A stretch of 64,000 nt of DNA. Source: Naegleria gruberi. Taxonomy: Eukaryota. The first letter of the stretch is position 1. Each line of letters opens with the position of its first letter. The notes beneath the pieces were generated by a model. The model searched no databases, was not told where the DNA came from, and was given only the letters and a program-made list of their open reading frames with translations. The position numbers and the translations under genes are program-made. The stretch lies in assembly GCA_000004985.1 (NCBI GenBank), contig GG738846.1. One strand, 5' to 3'. Positions 32,881 through 44,105 of the stretch are shown piece by piece.

Positions 32881-34022
32881 TGCGAAGAAGAATGTAGTAG
32901 TTATCCAATAATGGTGCTGAAAAAGTTTTTTTTTCTTCCGTGTTGGTTTGTGATTCGAGACTCAATACAATGATTCGATTCCAGTAAGATATTGAGGTGT
33001 ATTTCAATTTTTTTAAATTGTGAGAGTGTGTTTATGGTTGTGTTTGCTAGCTAGTGCAAAGACTCCCTGACCTTTATGTGCAACCTACTTCCCGCTGATG
33101 ATGATCATTATTAACAACAGTGGAAGGTGAAATGTATTAAATAAGGGGTCGAATCGACATAAACGGTCAAACAGCAAGCCTTATTAATAAGTAAAAACAA
33201 AATTATTGTACCAAAAGAAGAAGCGCATAATATTTCTAGTTGGATCTCGATAGGGATTTCCCTGCTTAATTTTTACCTTAATGAAAATATTGATAAGATT
33301 TAGAGGAAATTTAAGTAACTCTATGCAAAACCTCCAGATATTAGAAAAATCATGAAGATGCAATATCGATTGCAACAAGCAAGTAATGGAAATATTTTGC
33401 AGTAACTATTCTCTTAACTTGAGGAGACAGAGGAGGAGTAAGTGTAGAGTTCACCCTCATGAACCTCTCTGGAAAGTTCATCATAGTCCCGTATGCTTTC
33501 TTAGTGTGGCCACATACAATATCACAATTGGAAGCGATAAATCAGCAATGATAACTGCTCCTTAAATTGTCAAATGATTATTTTGGAAAATCTTGCAATC
33601 AAAAATTGTAAATTAAACTTTAATAAATTGAGTTGAACTATACATTACATATCCGTATTATACCAATAGAATGCTTTGCTATGATACACATTGTGGATTA
33701 CATTTCAAATAATTTCTTGGAAAATGGAAAATTGGAGCAGTAAGGATGTTTGGACTCTGAGTCGCTTTACATGAAGTAAAATGTCCTCATCACAAATTTG
33801 GCTGTCAAATTAAACTTAAACGGCAAAATAAAATCATTCCAAAGTATTAATATCATTGATTCATGTATTAAATTGACCGATAGTATCGGAGCAACCAATA
33901 TTATCTATTACAAGCTGAACATTTTTATTATCATCAATTTAATGATAAATATTATTATTTAAAAATGTCATCATCGACCACCCATCACGATGATGACTTG
34001 AATTCTGCACATCATTCGGAAC

Positions 34023-35420
34023 ATGAAAATAATTCTCATCACTATGTACATTCACTTAGTAACAACAACAACAGATGGTAGTGGCAATGAACAAAAGCTG
34101 AGGATATGTATGATTTCCGATTTCTTTTATCCAGGCTTTGGAGGAGTAGAATCACACATCTATTGTATATCAACAGGATTAATTAAAAGAGGGCACAAGG
34201 TTATTGTCATTACAACATCCTATGATGATCGGAAAGGTGTAAGATATTTAACGAATGGAATTAAAGTTTATTACATTCCTGTATTTAAAATTAATACATC
34301 TGCTGGCAGTGCAACATTACCGTTCATCTTTACTTCTTTACCACTGTTGAGAAATATTCTGATCAGGGAGAGAATTGAAATTGTGCATGGACATCAATGT
34401 ACATCCAATGTTTGTAATGAAGGACTCTTACATGCAAGAACCATGGGACTGAAATGTTTTTTCACTGATCATTCATTGTTTGGATTTGGAGATGAAGGAG
34501 GAGTACACATCAATAAGGTTTCTAGGTTTGTATTGAGTGAAGTGGATCATGTAATTTGCGTTTCACATACGCTGAAGGAAAATCTGACCCTTCGAGCATC
34601 TTTGAATCCATTCAAAACTACTGTCATACCACATGCTGTAGATACGAACGTATTCAAACCACTTAGAACGCACCCACCAAGAAGGGATGAAAGACTTAAA
34701 ATTGTATCAACATCAAGATTAGTTTACAGGAAGGGAGCGGATTTGCTGATTTCTATCATTCCTGTAATTTGTACAAAGTACCCACATGTGGATTTTATCA
34801 TTGCTGGAGATGGACCAAATTTAATTGAAATGACTGAAATGATTGAAAGATATGAACTATTTGACAGAGTGGAATTATTGGGAGCAAAACCTTATCATGA
34901 GATTCCTAGCGTTCTTCAAAGAGGTCACCTCTTCTTGAATACAAGTCTAACTGAGGCATTTTGCATGGCAATTTTGGAAGCAGCTAGTTGTGGACTTTTT
35001 GCTGTCAGTACAAATGTTGGTGGAGTAAGGGAAGTATTGCCAGACAATGACATGGTTTTATTGGCAAATCCAGATCCACTCTCTTTATGCGAAGCTATGG
35101 AAAAAGCCATTGAATGTCATGTTTATAATACTGACCCAATTCAAACGCATGAACGTGTATGCGAAATGTATAATTGGGATAAGGTAGTTGCATGTACAGA
35201 AGCTCTATACGTAGAATCCATGCATACATGTAAGGAGAGAGGCCTATTGGAAACCATCACATCTTACAACTCTGTTGGTTTCTTCCATGGAAAAATTATT
35301 GGACTTCTTACAACTCTGGACTATCTATTTTATCAAGCTCTTGAATACATGTATCCCAGAGAGGAAATAGATGTATGCCCAGAATTTGGTCCTTTCTACC
35401 TTAAAGATGTTAACGATTAA
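34023..35420 (+). CDS. PIGA: Phosphatidylinositol N-acetylglucosaminyltransferase catalytic subunit (PIG-A/GPI3, GT4 family), first step of GPI-anchor synthesis
   Basis: '[60 protein letters not shown]' matches the PIG-A N-terminus (…[34 protein letters not shown]…). The GT4 '[14 protein letters not shown]' E-x7-E region is present. Confidence 0.9.
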   Translation: [465 protein letters not shown]

Positions 35421-35580
35421 TTATTTATGCTTTACGGTGTAATTTTGACCACGTTGAGGTATTAATTTGGCTTGGCGGATTGTTTGCGAGAGTAGTGTTG
35501 GTGCTTTAATACTCAGATTCGTGTTGTGTTGTGGCAAAGCTGTGTGTTGAGATACAAAGAGTCTTAATTCCTTTGAGAAA

Positions 35581-37874
35581 ATGTCTTTAACGCCCAACAA
35601 CAATAATTCCTCATTCACAACTGACAGTAACAATAACAATTGGTTCTTTCCCAATTCTGCTGCTGCCAGAAGCACTGATAACTTGGTCTTTGGACACTTT
35701 CTTAATCATCATCAGAGTCACATCACGATGGATGAGCAACAACAACAACAACAACAACAGCCCTTGACCTTCACACCCATCGACATCAACTCCTCCACTC
35801 ATCACATCACCACCACATCTAAGAACAACAAGACTGATACATCTCCTCCAACCCAAAAGTCCAAGAAGAAACAAAAGGTGGCCTGTGTGTATTGCAATAA
35901 GCTACACAGTACGTATTTAGAAATTGCTTAATATCTAAATTTTCCCTCAAATCTCAGAAAAATGTGACGGTGAGCCACCAAATACCTGCTCACGATGCTC
36001 AAAGAAATCCATTCCGTGTGTTGTAAGTAGTAGTACTGTCATGAAATTTACAATTTCTCAAGTATTTACCACCTCAAAAAAGAGGTCCCAAGTCAAAGAA
36101 GAGAAAGACCACCGATGGAGAGGATGATGACTATTACTCTACAGAACTAACTACAGAGGCTCAGTTATCAACTACTGCCAACCAGAATGAACAAATTCAA
36201 CAACTCCAGCTCCAACAAGCTCAACAACAATTCAATACTCCAGTGTACTTTAATCATGGTACATCCCAACAACGTTCACAACAACTGGAACATGTAACAA
36301 CAGCTCATCAATCTCAAATTGTAGGCTCAATAGATTTGGATACCTACATATCTGAATCTCTTTTCTCACCAATATCTAATAGGGATTCCAACCAGATCCA
36401 ACCTACTTATCAATCTAGTCCATTGACTGGTCTTCAGTTTGCTGTAAATGTACATACACGAACCCTAGTTGATCAATTTTTAGAGTAAGTATTCAACAAT
36501 CGTATGCATGTGCTTACCCAAAAAAGCTCTGTAACATGTCATTCCCTTGTTGAAAAGAACATGTTAGAAAATGCACTCACTAAGGCAGTAACTTATTCAT
36601 CTGAACCAACCGGGTATCAACTCTTGACAAATATTGTATGTGCGATGGGAGCCCAAAGATTAGAGGATAGAAAGAATTGCATTGATTTTTTCAACAGAGC
36701 AAGAAATCAAGCTAGTTATCTATTTGACATGCCTTCGAGAGAAACATCATGCGCCTTAAGCTTGATGGGCATTTATGCATGTTCAGAGGGTGAAAGAATC
36801 AAAGGTCACATATACAATAGAATTGCTCTCGACATGTCCACCAATATGTGTCGATATCAGGTTGAAAATGACAAGTATTTTCACTCGCTTTCAGCTCTTT
36901 CTTTGGCAACCAATTTTTCAAAATGGTTGTTCGAGTTGAACATTCTAAAGGTGGAAGAAAATTCCATCGATATTCTACTCAAACATGGAAATAATCCTAA
37001 TCATCCCCAAGTGCCACAGATTCGTGATCTTGTGAAATCAGTTAAATCATTTATCAACTCTCAGTATTGTATGAGGAAAATTGAAGATTTGGAAAATAGA
37101 ATTAATGATATGACTCTTGTAAAGGGAAGTGAGGAAATTTCATTTACAGCCATATTGGTTTATTACTTGCTGGACTCTAGAATTGCCTCACTATCAAACA
37201 ATAATCAAGTTGAGTACATTAAACTTTTGAGAAAATTGGAAACGATTGAAAAGTATGTTGAATCAGACAAGTTCAACAGGGATGATATTCAAAAGAATGT
37301 ACACAGATTCTGCCTCTACTCTCTAAGATCAGACATTCTAGTCAAGTGTGGACTCGACAAGATGGGATTACATTGTGCTACCAAAGCAACTGGATTGGCA
37401 GCAAAGCCAACATTCTGGAAATCAGCGCCAGACATTATTCTCTTCTTCCCTGTACTAATCAATGTTAACCTCAATGTCAATGATAGTAGCATGTCAATTG
37501 AAAATTATAAGTCACTCAAAATTATAAGTTCCAAGTTTGTGGTATTGAAGTATACACTTTTTGATATGATTAGTGCAATGAATAAGAGATCAGAATTTTC
37601 AGATCTTTTGGCAACTGAGAAACAACATGTTACCTCCAGTAGTGTTTCAAATGCTACAGGTACTTTACAATTTCCAAACGATATTCCAATGTGTGAGTCT
37701 TGTATTGTTGGTCAGGATGGTTGGGATGCCTCAGCACTGTTCGAAGATGCCAATAATGAATCCTGCTTCCAGACTACTGACATTACTGAAATGTTGCAAC
37801 AATTAGGCACAGCTCATGATCATGAATCATATCAAAACAAATTGGAATCCATTTGGCAATCCATTGCACAATAA
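35581..37874 (+). CDS. Zn(II)2Cys6 binuclear-cluster transcription factor with fungal-type middle-homology-like domain; about 4 exons
   Basis: Exon 1 is 35581..35908. Intron 1 is 35909..35957 (49 nt, gtacgt…ctcag). Exon 2 is 35958..36021. Spliced, these give 'ACVYCNKLHKKCDGEPPNTCSRCSKKSIPCV' (CX2CX6CX7CX2CX6C). Intron 2 is 36022..36061 (40 nt, gtaagt…caag), followed by a basic KRGPKSKKRK region. A third intron lies near 36486..36560 (donor gtaagt at 36486). The last exon (to 37874) carries 'SRETSCALSLMGIYACSEGERIKGHIYNRIALDM', which resembles the fungal_trans middle-homology domain. Exon-3 coordinates are ±1 nt because the ORF-track frame and my manual translation disagree near 36420. Confidence 0.7.
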
Positions 37875-38141
37875 ATTATCTAATGTATTTTATCAACTAA
37901 AGTAATGTAAGACTTTTATGTAGTGCAAATAGTTTGGGAGCAAATCCAAAAAAAGAAAAGAAGAAATATTCAATGCACCAGAAAGAGGTATACTAGCCAA
38001 ACTTGCTTTTTGAAGATTTTACGGATTTTCTATGAAGATCCAACACAAAGGACAGTTCTACCATTGATTTTCTTAAGTACATAATTTTACAAAATAGTGA
38101 TCATCTAAGCTTGTTGTCTGAATGTGAAAATCAAAAGGAAA

Positions 38142-38214
38142 CGCCCACCGTGGGGGTCGAACCCACGACCACAAGGTTAAGAGCCTTGCGCTCTACCGAC
38201 TGAGCTAGACGGGC
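38142..38214 (-). tRNA. tRNA-Lys (anticodon CTT), 73 nt, no intron
   Basis: Minus strand reads GCCCGTCTAGCTCAGTCGGTAGAGCGCAAGGCTCTTAACCTTGTGGTCGTGGGTTCGACCCCCACGGTGGGCG. 7-bp acceptor stem with two G·U pairs. A box TAGCTCAGTCGG. B box GGTTCGACC. Anticodon loop CTCTTAA gives CTT. T-rich tract (TTTCCTTTTGATTTT) directly downstream is a Pol III terminator. Confidence 0.93.
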
Positions 38215-38435
38215 TACATCTCAAAACATAAATTTCCCTTACTAAAGTGTCTGACCATTGTTGTCGTCCTTAACAATAAATCCCTATTTAGTTTTTTTAT
38301 CCATAAACTCAATTCTAATTGACCTATTCTTGAATTTTACTAATTAAATCAAGAGATCTCTGACACACAAGATTTGAAAAAATTAATAAAATTGTTATTT
38401 ACATTTGATGATAATTATTAATTATATTATTATTA

Positions 38436-38945
38436 TTAATTAGCACAACAATCCTCTGGTACAATATTACTAGTCATTGAGAATACAGTCCATCCAACAG
38501 TATTTCCAGCAATAACAGCCAAGAAAAGGCCCACATTATAAGTCATTGTTACCAACATTAAAAGATATCCTAATCCATTTTGAAACAAGTAAATAATTGG
38601 TTTGGCAATATACCAAGCATAGGCCATATATCTTTTTCTTGCCTTTCTTTTGTGATCATCAACATCTCTAAATTCATCATCATCCTTCTTCTTCGGAATG
38701 GTTACCTTTCTCTTTACCAAAAACACTAAAAATTGATTAAAAACAGACAAGATAAAACAAATAATAATTGCCAAAGCATATTGCCATCCCTCAGTAATTT
38801 GAACAGTTTCAAATAATAAATGTGGTACCGTTGCAGTGGCAACAAAATACATTTGCATTCCTCCCATGGTATGATTTGAGTGATCCGGCATTGTATGATT
38901 AGAGTGATCCATCATGGTCTTCATCAGTGAAATTGGTGAATTCAT
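38436..38945 (-). CDS. CTR-family high-affinity copper transporter
   Basis: 169 aa. Met/His-rich N-terminus with duplicated 'DHSNHTM' and 'MQMYF'. Three TMs. 'MLVTM' (MxxxM) and 'VIAGNTVG' (GxxxG) sit in the last TMs, as in Ctr1. Confidence 0.8.
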   Translation of the reverse strand: MNSPISLMKTMMDHSNHTMPDHSNHTMGGMQMYFVATATVPHLLFETVQITEGWQYALAIIICFILSVFNQFLVFLVKRKVTIPKKKDDDEFRDVDDHKRKARKRYMAYAWYIAKPIIYLFQNGLGYLLMLVTMTYNVGLFLAVIAGNTVGWTVFSMTSNIVPEDCCAN

Positions 38946-39346
38946 GGTGTGATGCTGTAGTATGTATAATTATTCGTTAGAGGGGAAGGAGCAAAAAATC
39001 AAAATTGTGAATTTTTTTTTTCATCAAACTTTTGATTTTTTGCTGACAAAATATTTGTTGTTACCCGAGCGAACCCTCAAATTATTCACAAATCTTGGAA
39101 AATTGAAGTCTTGGTTGGAATTTTGCTGGCCATTCGCACATTTGGAAGATCTATTCAATCAATTTGTATCAATTTGTTGGGAATTGATTCAAAGTTTCAT
39201 TGAAAAAACTCTTTTATGGTAATAGTGGAAAAGAATTGATTGAGAGTGGTGAACCGCCTAAAGATACTTGATAGATATTTATGAAATTGGAGGAAAATAA
39301 CAATGTTATTGTAGGATTTGATGGTTTTAAGAGAGAAATACTAGCA

Positions 39347-40384
39347 TCATCTGACTGGAGCATTAGGATTGAGTGGATAGTCAGTGAATAGAGGGTATAA
39401 GGTTACTGTTTTCTTTGGACACAGAGCAATTATTGGATTATAGATAATGTTTGGGTCAAGAGCTGATTTAAAAGTCATGAAATGCAAACCATTCTTGAAA
39501 AAGTTAATGGACAAGTTGTTAAAATCAAGTGTGAGTGCATATCTATCACCTACGTTGATTGGTCCTAGATCCATTAATTGTGCAGTATCGGATTTTAGTG
39601 AGCCTTTTGATTTTACATATTGATGTTCTATTACTAGTCCAACTCCATGATTATCTGACAAAAATTGAGTGGAGCTTGTGTCACTATTGAAATTCTCAAA
39701 ATCTGTTCCAACCCCATAAACTAATCTCCAAGTATTTGCGCACAGATAATATTCCTGAATGATAATTTCATATCCCTTCAATGTAATTGGAATGTTTGAC
39801 TTGTCGTCAATCGTTTTTGTCAAGTAATAATTTTTACAAAGAAAGCAATTCCATTCCTTCACATTATTATTCCTAACAGTTCGTTTGTTGATCATAACAC
39901 CTGTATCTGATTTAATTCTTTTTGCATCATTCTGAGTTTTGTATTTAATAGATTTTAAATATGAAAGCAAATGTCTATATCCAAAACGCTCCTTCATTAT
40001 AAAATTTCTCTTAATATACGAATCTAAAGAATTTGTTGTCAATTTTTCCAATTCAATTGAATCAATTCCATTACTAAAAGTACTTGAATTAATTTCATCA
40101 ATCCAACGATTAAACAAATGTAACAATATTTCCTTCCAAATCGTATTTCTATATCCAGCAAACTCATCCTCATTATCGTTTCCCAAAATTAAAGAATGAT
40201 AAAACTTGCTAACGGTTCCAAACTTTGACAAGACTCTATCAGATAAATACATTAAAATGTGAACTCTTATTTCGAATGGAAGATCTTCAAAATTAAAATA
40301 CCAAATATTCGTGTTTCTTGTTTCCTCTTGATCCGAGGAAGAACTTTTTTCGTCTTCCGTAGTGGCTGAAGTGTTTGTGGACAT
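39347..40384 (-). CDS. F-box plus SPRY(B30.2)-domain protein (FBXO45/FSN-1-like substrate adaptor)
   Basis: 'LPFEIRVHILMYLSDRVLSKFGTVSKFYHSLIL' is an F-box. The C-terminal 200 aa, with 'WRLVYGVGTDFENF…GVGLVIEHQY…NVGDRYALTLDFNNLSINFFKNG', has the SPRY β-sandwich pattern. Confidence 0.65.
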   Translation of the reverse strand: MSTNTSATTEDEKSSSSDQEETRNTNIWYFNFEDLPFEIRVHILMYLSDRVLSKFGTVSKFYHSLILGNDNEDEFAGYRNTIWKEILLHLFNRWIDEINSSTFSNGIDSIELEKLTTNSLDSYIKRNFIMKERFGYRHLLSYLKSIKYKTQNDAKRIKSDTGVMINKRTVRNNNVKEWNCFLCKNYYLTKTIDDKSNIPITLKGYEIIIQEYYLCANTWRLVYGVGTDFENFNSDTSSTQFLSDNHGVGLVIEHQYVKSKGSLKSDTAQLMDLGPINVGDRYALTLDFNNLSINFFKNGLHFMTFKSALDPNIIYNPIIALCPKKTVTLYPLFTDYPLNPNAPVR

Positions 40385-40476
40385 TTTTTACATTCTATTT
40401 TTAAACATTGAACTCCAAACCTAGTTTACAAAAAGTGATAATTTCTCTGATAATTTTCTTGGTGAGCTCAACCAAA

Positions 40477-41697
40477 CTAGAAACCTTCTCTTCTAAATAT
40501 CTTTATAAGTAATGCATCCACATCCAGTGCCATCTCCTCGAAAAGATTAATAGCATCCTGTTTGATATTGATAGAAGGATATGAAAATGGTGTTTGCTTT
40601 TGAAACAAACGATCCAAACAAAAATTGAACAGTATGAAATGCTTAAAGACCAATCTTACTATGGTTGCATTGGCAGCTGATAATTTAGAAACATGTTGAA
40701 CAAATGATGGAGGGAGTACCAGTTTGAAAATTCTTGAGAGGTATCGATCCAATATGGAATAAAATTGTTGCTTGATTGGCGAATTTTCATATGGGAAGTA
40801 GTCGAATGCATTCGGACCCAAATCAAAGAATATCTTAAACTGGACTTTGAAATAGGAGGAAACTGGATCAATAATAAAGTTAGTCAAAATTCCATTACTG
40901 TCAACTCCATCACAAATCCAGCCACCACTTTTCTCTACAGAACTACAAATGAATAACTTGTCATATTGTACTTCACTCCCAATATATTCCATTATTTCTA
41001 CAGTGTTTGAATAGCAACACTCAAAAATAAACAAATAGTCCACAGATTTATCCTTTGTGGTGTTTGGCTTTAAAAAGTAGGAAAGAAAATTCCTAAACGA
41101 CAAGTATTGGTGTTTCTGAAAAGATAGTCCATAGTGTTCATCTCCATGCCCACTCCAAAATATAATATTCAATGGATTTAACCCACTTTCCAATACTTTA
41201 CGGCTCGATTTGTAGTATTCCCTCGAAAAATGGTTCAATAATTCACTAGTCTTTTTAAAATCATAATTACAAATCAAATTATAATTCATTCTACTCTTAC
41301 TACGACCCAATGATGTAATCTTATATTTTTCACAAATATTCTGAACAAAATAGAGAAAGTGAAACAAATCATTATGTACATTAATAATACATCGTGAAAC
41401 AGCATCAAAATTGGATGAATAATCTTTGATAGCATTACAAATAGACAAATCACCACAATCACGTGTATCTCCTAAATTTCCAACTAGCAATAAAAAAACA
41501 TTAGATAATTGATCCGAATGATGACAATTTTTCCAATGCAAACTCTCCTCCAAGAATATATCATTTTCTCTCATTAATTGTTTCGGAAATATTTGTCTCG
41601 CCAAATTCAAAATTCTCTCCACGCTTTTTGAAGGTAAAATGAATAAATTATTATTGGTTCCTTTATCGGATGATGATAATTGTTTCCTTTTCGTCAT
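40477..41697 (-). CDS. Hypothetical 406-aa protein; possible caspase/CHAT-like His-Gly…Cys peptidase fold (very tentative)
   Basis: 'IIFWSGHGDEHYGLSF' (SGHG) followed about 45 aa later by 'YLFIFECCYSNT'. The spacing and context are reminiscent of the C14 catalytic dyad. Nothing else is recognisable. Confidence 0.3.
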   Translation of the reverse strand: MTKRKQLSSSDKGTNNNLFILPSKSVERILNLARQIFPKQLMRENDIFLEESLHWKNCHHSDQLSNVFLLLVGNLGDTRDCGDLSICNAIKDYSSNFDAVSRCIINVHNDLFHFLYFVQNICEKYKITSLGRSKSRMNYNLICNYDFKKTSELLNHFSREYYKSSRKVLESGLNPLNIIFWSGHGDEHYGLSFQKHQYLSFRNFLSYFLKPNTTKDKSVDYLFIFECCYSNTVEIMEYIGSEVQYDKLFICSSVEKSGGWICDGVDSNGILTNFIIDPVSSYFKVQFKIFFDLGPNAFDYFPYENSPIKQQFYSILDRYLSRIFKLVLPPSFVQHVSKLSAANATIVRLVFKHFILFNFCLDRLFQKQTPFSYPSINIKQDAINLFEEMALDVDALLIKIFRREGF

Positions 41698-41757
41698 CTT
41701 TTCATTTTTTTAATTTTAAATTTAAAACTCTAAAATGTCTTTTATGTGATTCAACTT

Positions 41758-43522
41758 TTATTCTCCATCTAAACTTAAAGAATCTTGTGAATCACACCTA
41801 AACATCATGTTACTAGCCCTAATAGAAAGAACTGGTGGAGGCACACCATGATTAATCTTTTTCACAATGTTTGGGTCTGTATAGTCCAAATCTAGAGCTA
41901 CATTGTCCTGCATTCGTTGCTGTCTTGCATTCCGCAGCAGTTTTTCTCTTAGCGACTCTGTCTTGGTTTCATCCTCTTCATCATTGACATCCTCTTGCTC
42001 TTCCTCCTCTTCTCCGTCATCAGAATGAATGGATTTTCTACTGTTGGATCTCTGTAAATTGTTCTGCCTTGAAGAGGGAGAAATATCCTCCTCAATATCT
42101 TCCGACTTTTCCTCTTTCTTTTCAGGTTTCTCATCTTTTTCTCTTTCCAAGTTAATTAGTGAAATTTCTCTAGTAAGTTCTCTTTCCTTTAAAATGGTCT
42201 TGGTCAACTCGCTCTCCAACTCGAACAATCTATCTCTATCCCTTAGATCTTTTGATGCAGCTTCCATTCTGTAAATTATTCAAAATAAACAGTCAACCAA
42301 CTTCAACAATACTTACTCTGAATGATTAAATAACCTAGATTTTGCGCTCTCATTTCTAAATGACCTTGGAGATGTGTTGGATCGTTTAGAGCCTATTACA
42401 TTATTCAATGATGCTCTAGACTGGACAGATGCCTTGTCCTTCTTATTTAATAAATTTCTTAGTTCTGGTTTTACACTCGATGTTATTTCTGATTGTAATT
42501 GAGTCAATCTCTCAATTTCACTCTTATATCTTTGACTATCGCTCTTCTGTCTCTTCAATTCATTTTTCAGTTGATTGTTTTCTTTTACTATTTGCTTATA
42601 TTCTCTATCTAACTTGTTCAAATTATTTTGAGCATTCGTGTATAAGATCACTAATTCATCGTAGTGTTTCTTCTCACTGAGAGAATATTTAATAAATTAA
42701 ATGGTCAGATTCAAATTTAACTTACTCTATATTATTCGCAATCAGAACATCCTTCTCATAGGAATCTTTAATCATTCTCAATATTTTCCCAAATGGACAA
42801 ACCTTGATAATCTCCTCAAAAGTCTCCGAATATATCTGAAGGAATCTATTCCTAAGAACGTGTTCATTTTCTTCCACTCCTTTCAATCTCTCAATATTTT
42901 CCAACATGTGTATCTCCATCTCAACTGACAATGCTTTCATTTTGCCACTACTTATTGGTACAGAAGATGATGAGCATGAAGGATTAGCTTGATTTTGAGA
43001 GACACTAACATTAGATGAAGTGGCTGTCTTGTCCAAATAGGCATAGGGTTTTACAAATCTTTTGTAATCAACAAACCCAGGAGTCAGAGGCGGTGTTTTT
43101 GGTTTTAATGTTTTCTGAGAGGAGCCACTTTGTTTCCTATCTGCCTCTGCTGCTTCAGAGAATGACACTCTCTTATTCATTAGATTGGTTGATAATTGTT
43201 GTATAGGAGCAGTGTTGGGACGTTTGGATGCATCTTTAAATCTTGGTATTCTATTGCCGATCGTTGGAGTACTATTTCTTGAAGGATAGTTGGCTACTTT
43301 TAATGTAATTCCAAAAGATGATTCGGATCTATTAGTTAGAGTGGTAATTGGTTTAATTTCTTCATTTACATCGGGTGTCTTCCTAATCTTCTCCTTTCTT
43401 ATTGGCAATATATCGCTATTTAATTTTGTTGACAGGTTGTATTTGGTACCTGCTGGAAGAAGGTCAGAAAAGCTGTCATTATGTTGCATTGTGATGATGT
43501 TGTTATTGTTTTTATTGGACAA
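41758..43522 (-). CDS. Coiled-coil protein of unknown function, 3 exons (43522..42726, 42676..42317, 42268..41758)
   Basis: Introns 42677..42725 (49 nt) and 42269..42316 (48 nt) both start gtaagt and end cag. They are phase-compatible and join three ORFs into one protein of about 650 aa with a long heptad-rich middle and an acidic Glu-rich C-terminus. Confidence 0.65.
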
Positions 43523-44105
43523 CTAATACTATTGATGCTTAATAAATTAATGGCTGTTTGAAGATGATGAGGATTTTTAAAGGTTCATTTAATGCCTTTG
43601 TTTTTAAAAAAGATTATCTTCCGTAACTGATTTTGGCGGTTTTTTCTGTTTGCTTTTTGGCGCCAACATCATGTGTTGATAGGTTTGATAGTTTCCTTAA
43701 TTGTCCAATGTTAAATATTGGTCAAATACAACATAATAGTCTCCAATTTCTTTCAAATTTTTATCCATTAATTTAGAATGATTTTGTTGTGTCTTTGCTT
43801 GTGTTTCAGACCATCAATTTCAATTCTATTACAATCAACCAATCAATCCATTCAACAAACGTGTCTTCTTTACAAAATTGTTAGGTGAATTATGCCAATT
43901 ATTTCAAAGATGAAAACACTTGGAATCTACCTTGAACAAAAAATCCCTCAATCAAATTCCTTTCAATCCTCAATAAATTGTCCTTTTCTCTTAAAACATT
44001 CTTATTGTAACTTTTAATTGGAATTTGAATTGATTCTAAAGCGCACTCAAATTTGGATAGAAAGATGGTGATTAGAAGCGTTTACTGTGTTCGCTTGTTC
44101 TTTAA

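Noticed and set aside
36243-36488. Discrepancy between the supplied ORF-track frame and my manual translation (an extra 'c' near 36419–36421 would truncate exon 3 at about 36470)
   Set aside because: I could not resolve it by hand. It is most likely my indexing error. It affects only the exact end of exon 3 of the Zn2Cys6 gene (±1 nt, or an earlier stop), not the gene call.
26356-38214. TRE-like tRNA-targeted LINE insertion (as in dictyostelids)
   Set aside because: The LINE is about 8 kb from the only tRNA gene. Known tRNA-targeting elements sit within about 50–150 bp. There is no evidence of targeting here.
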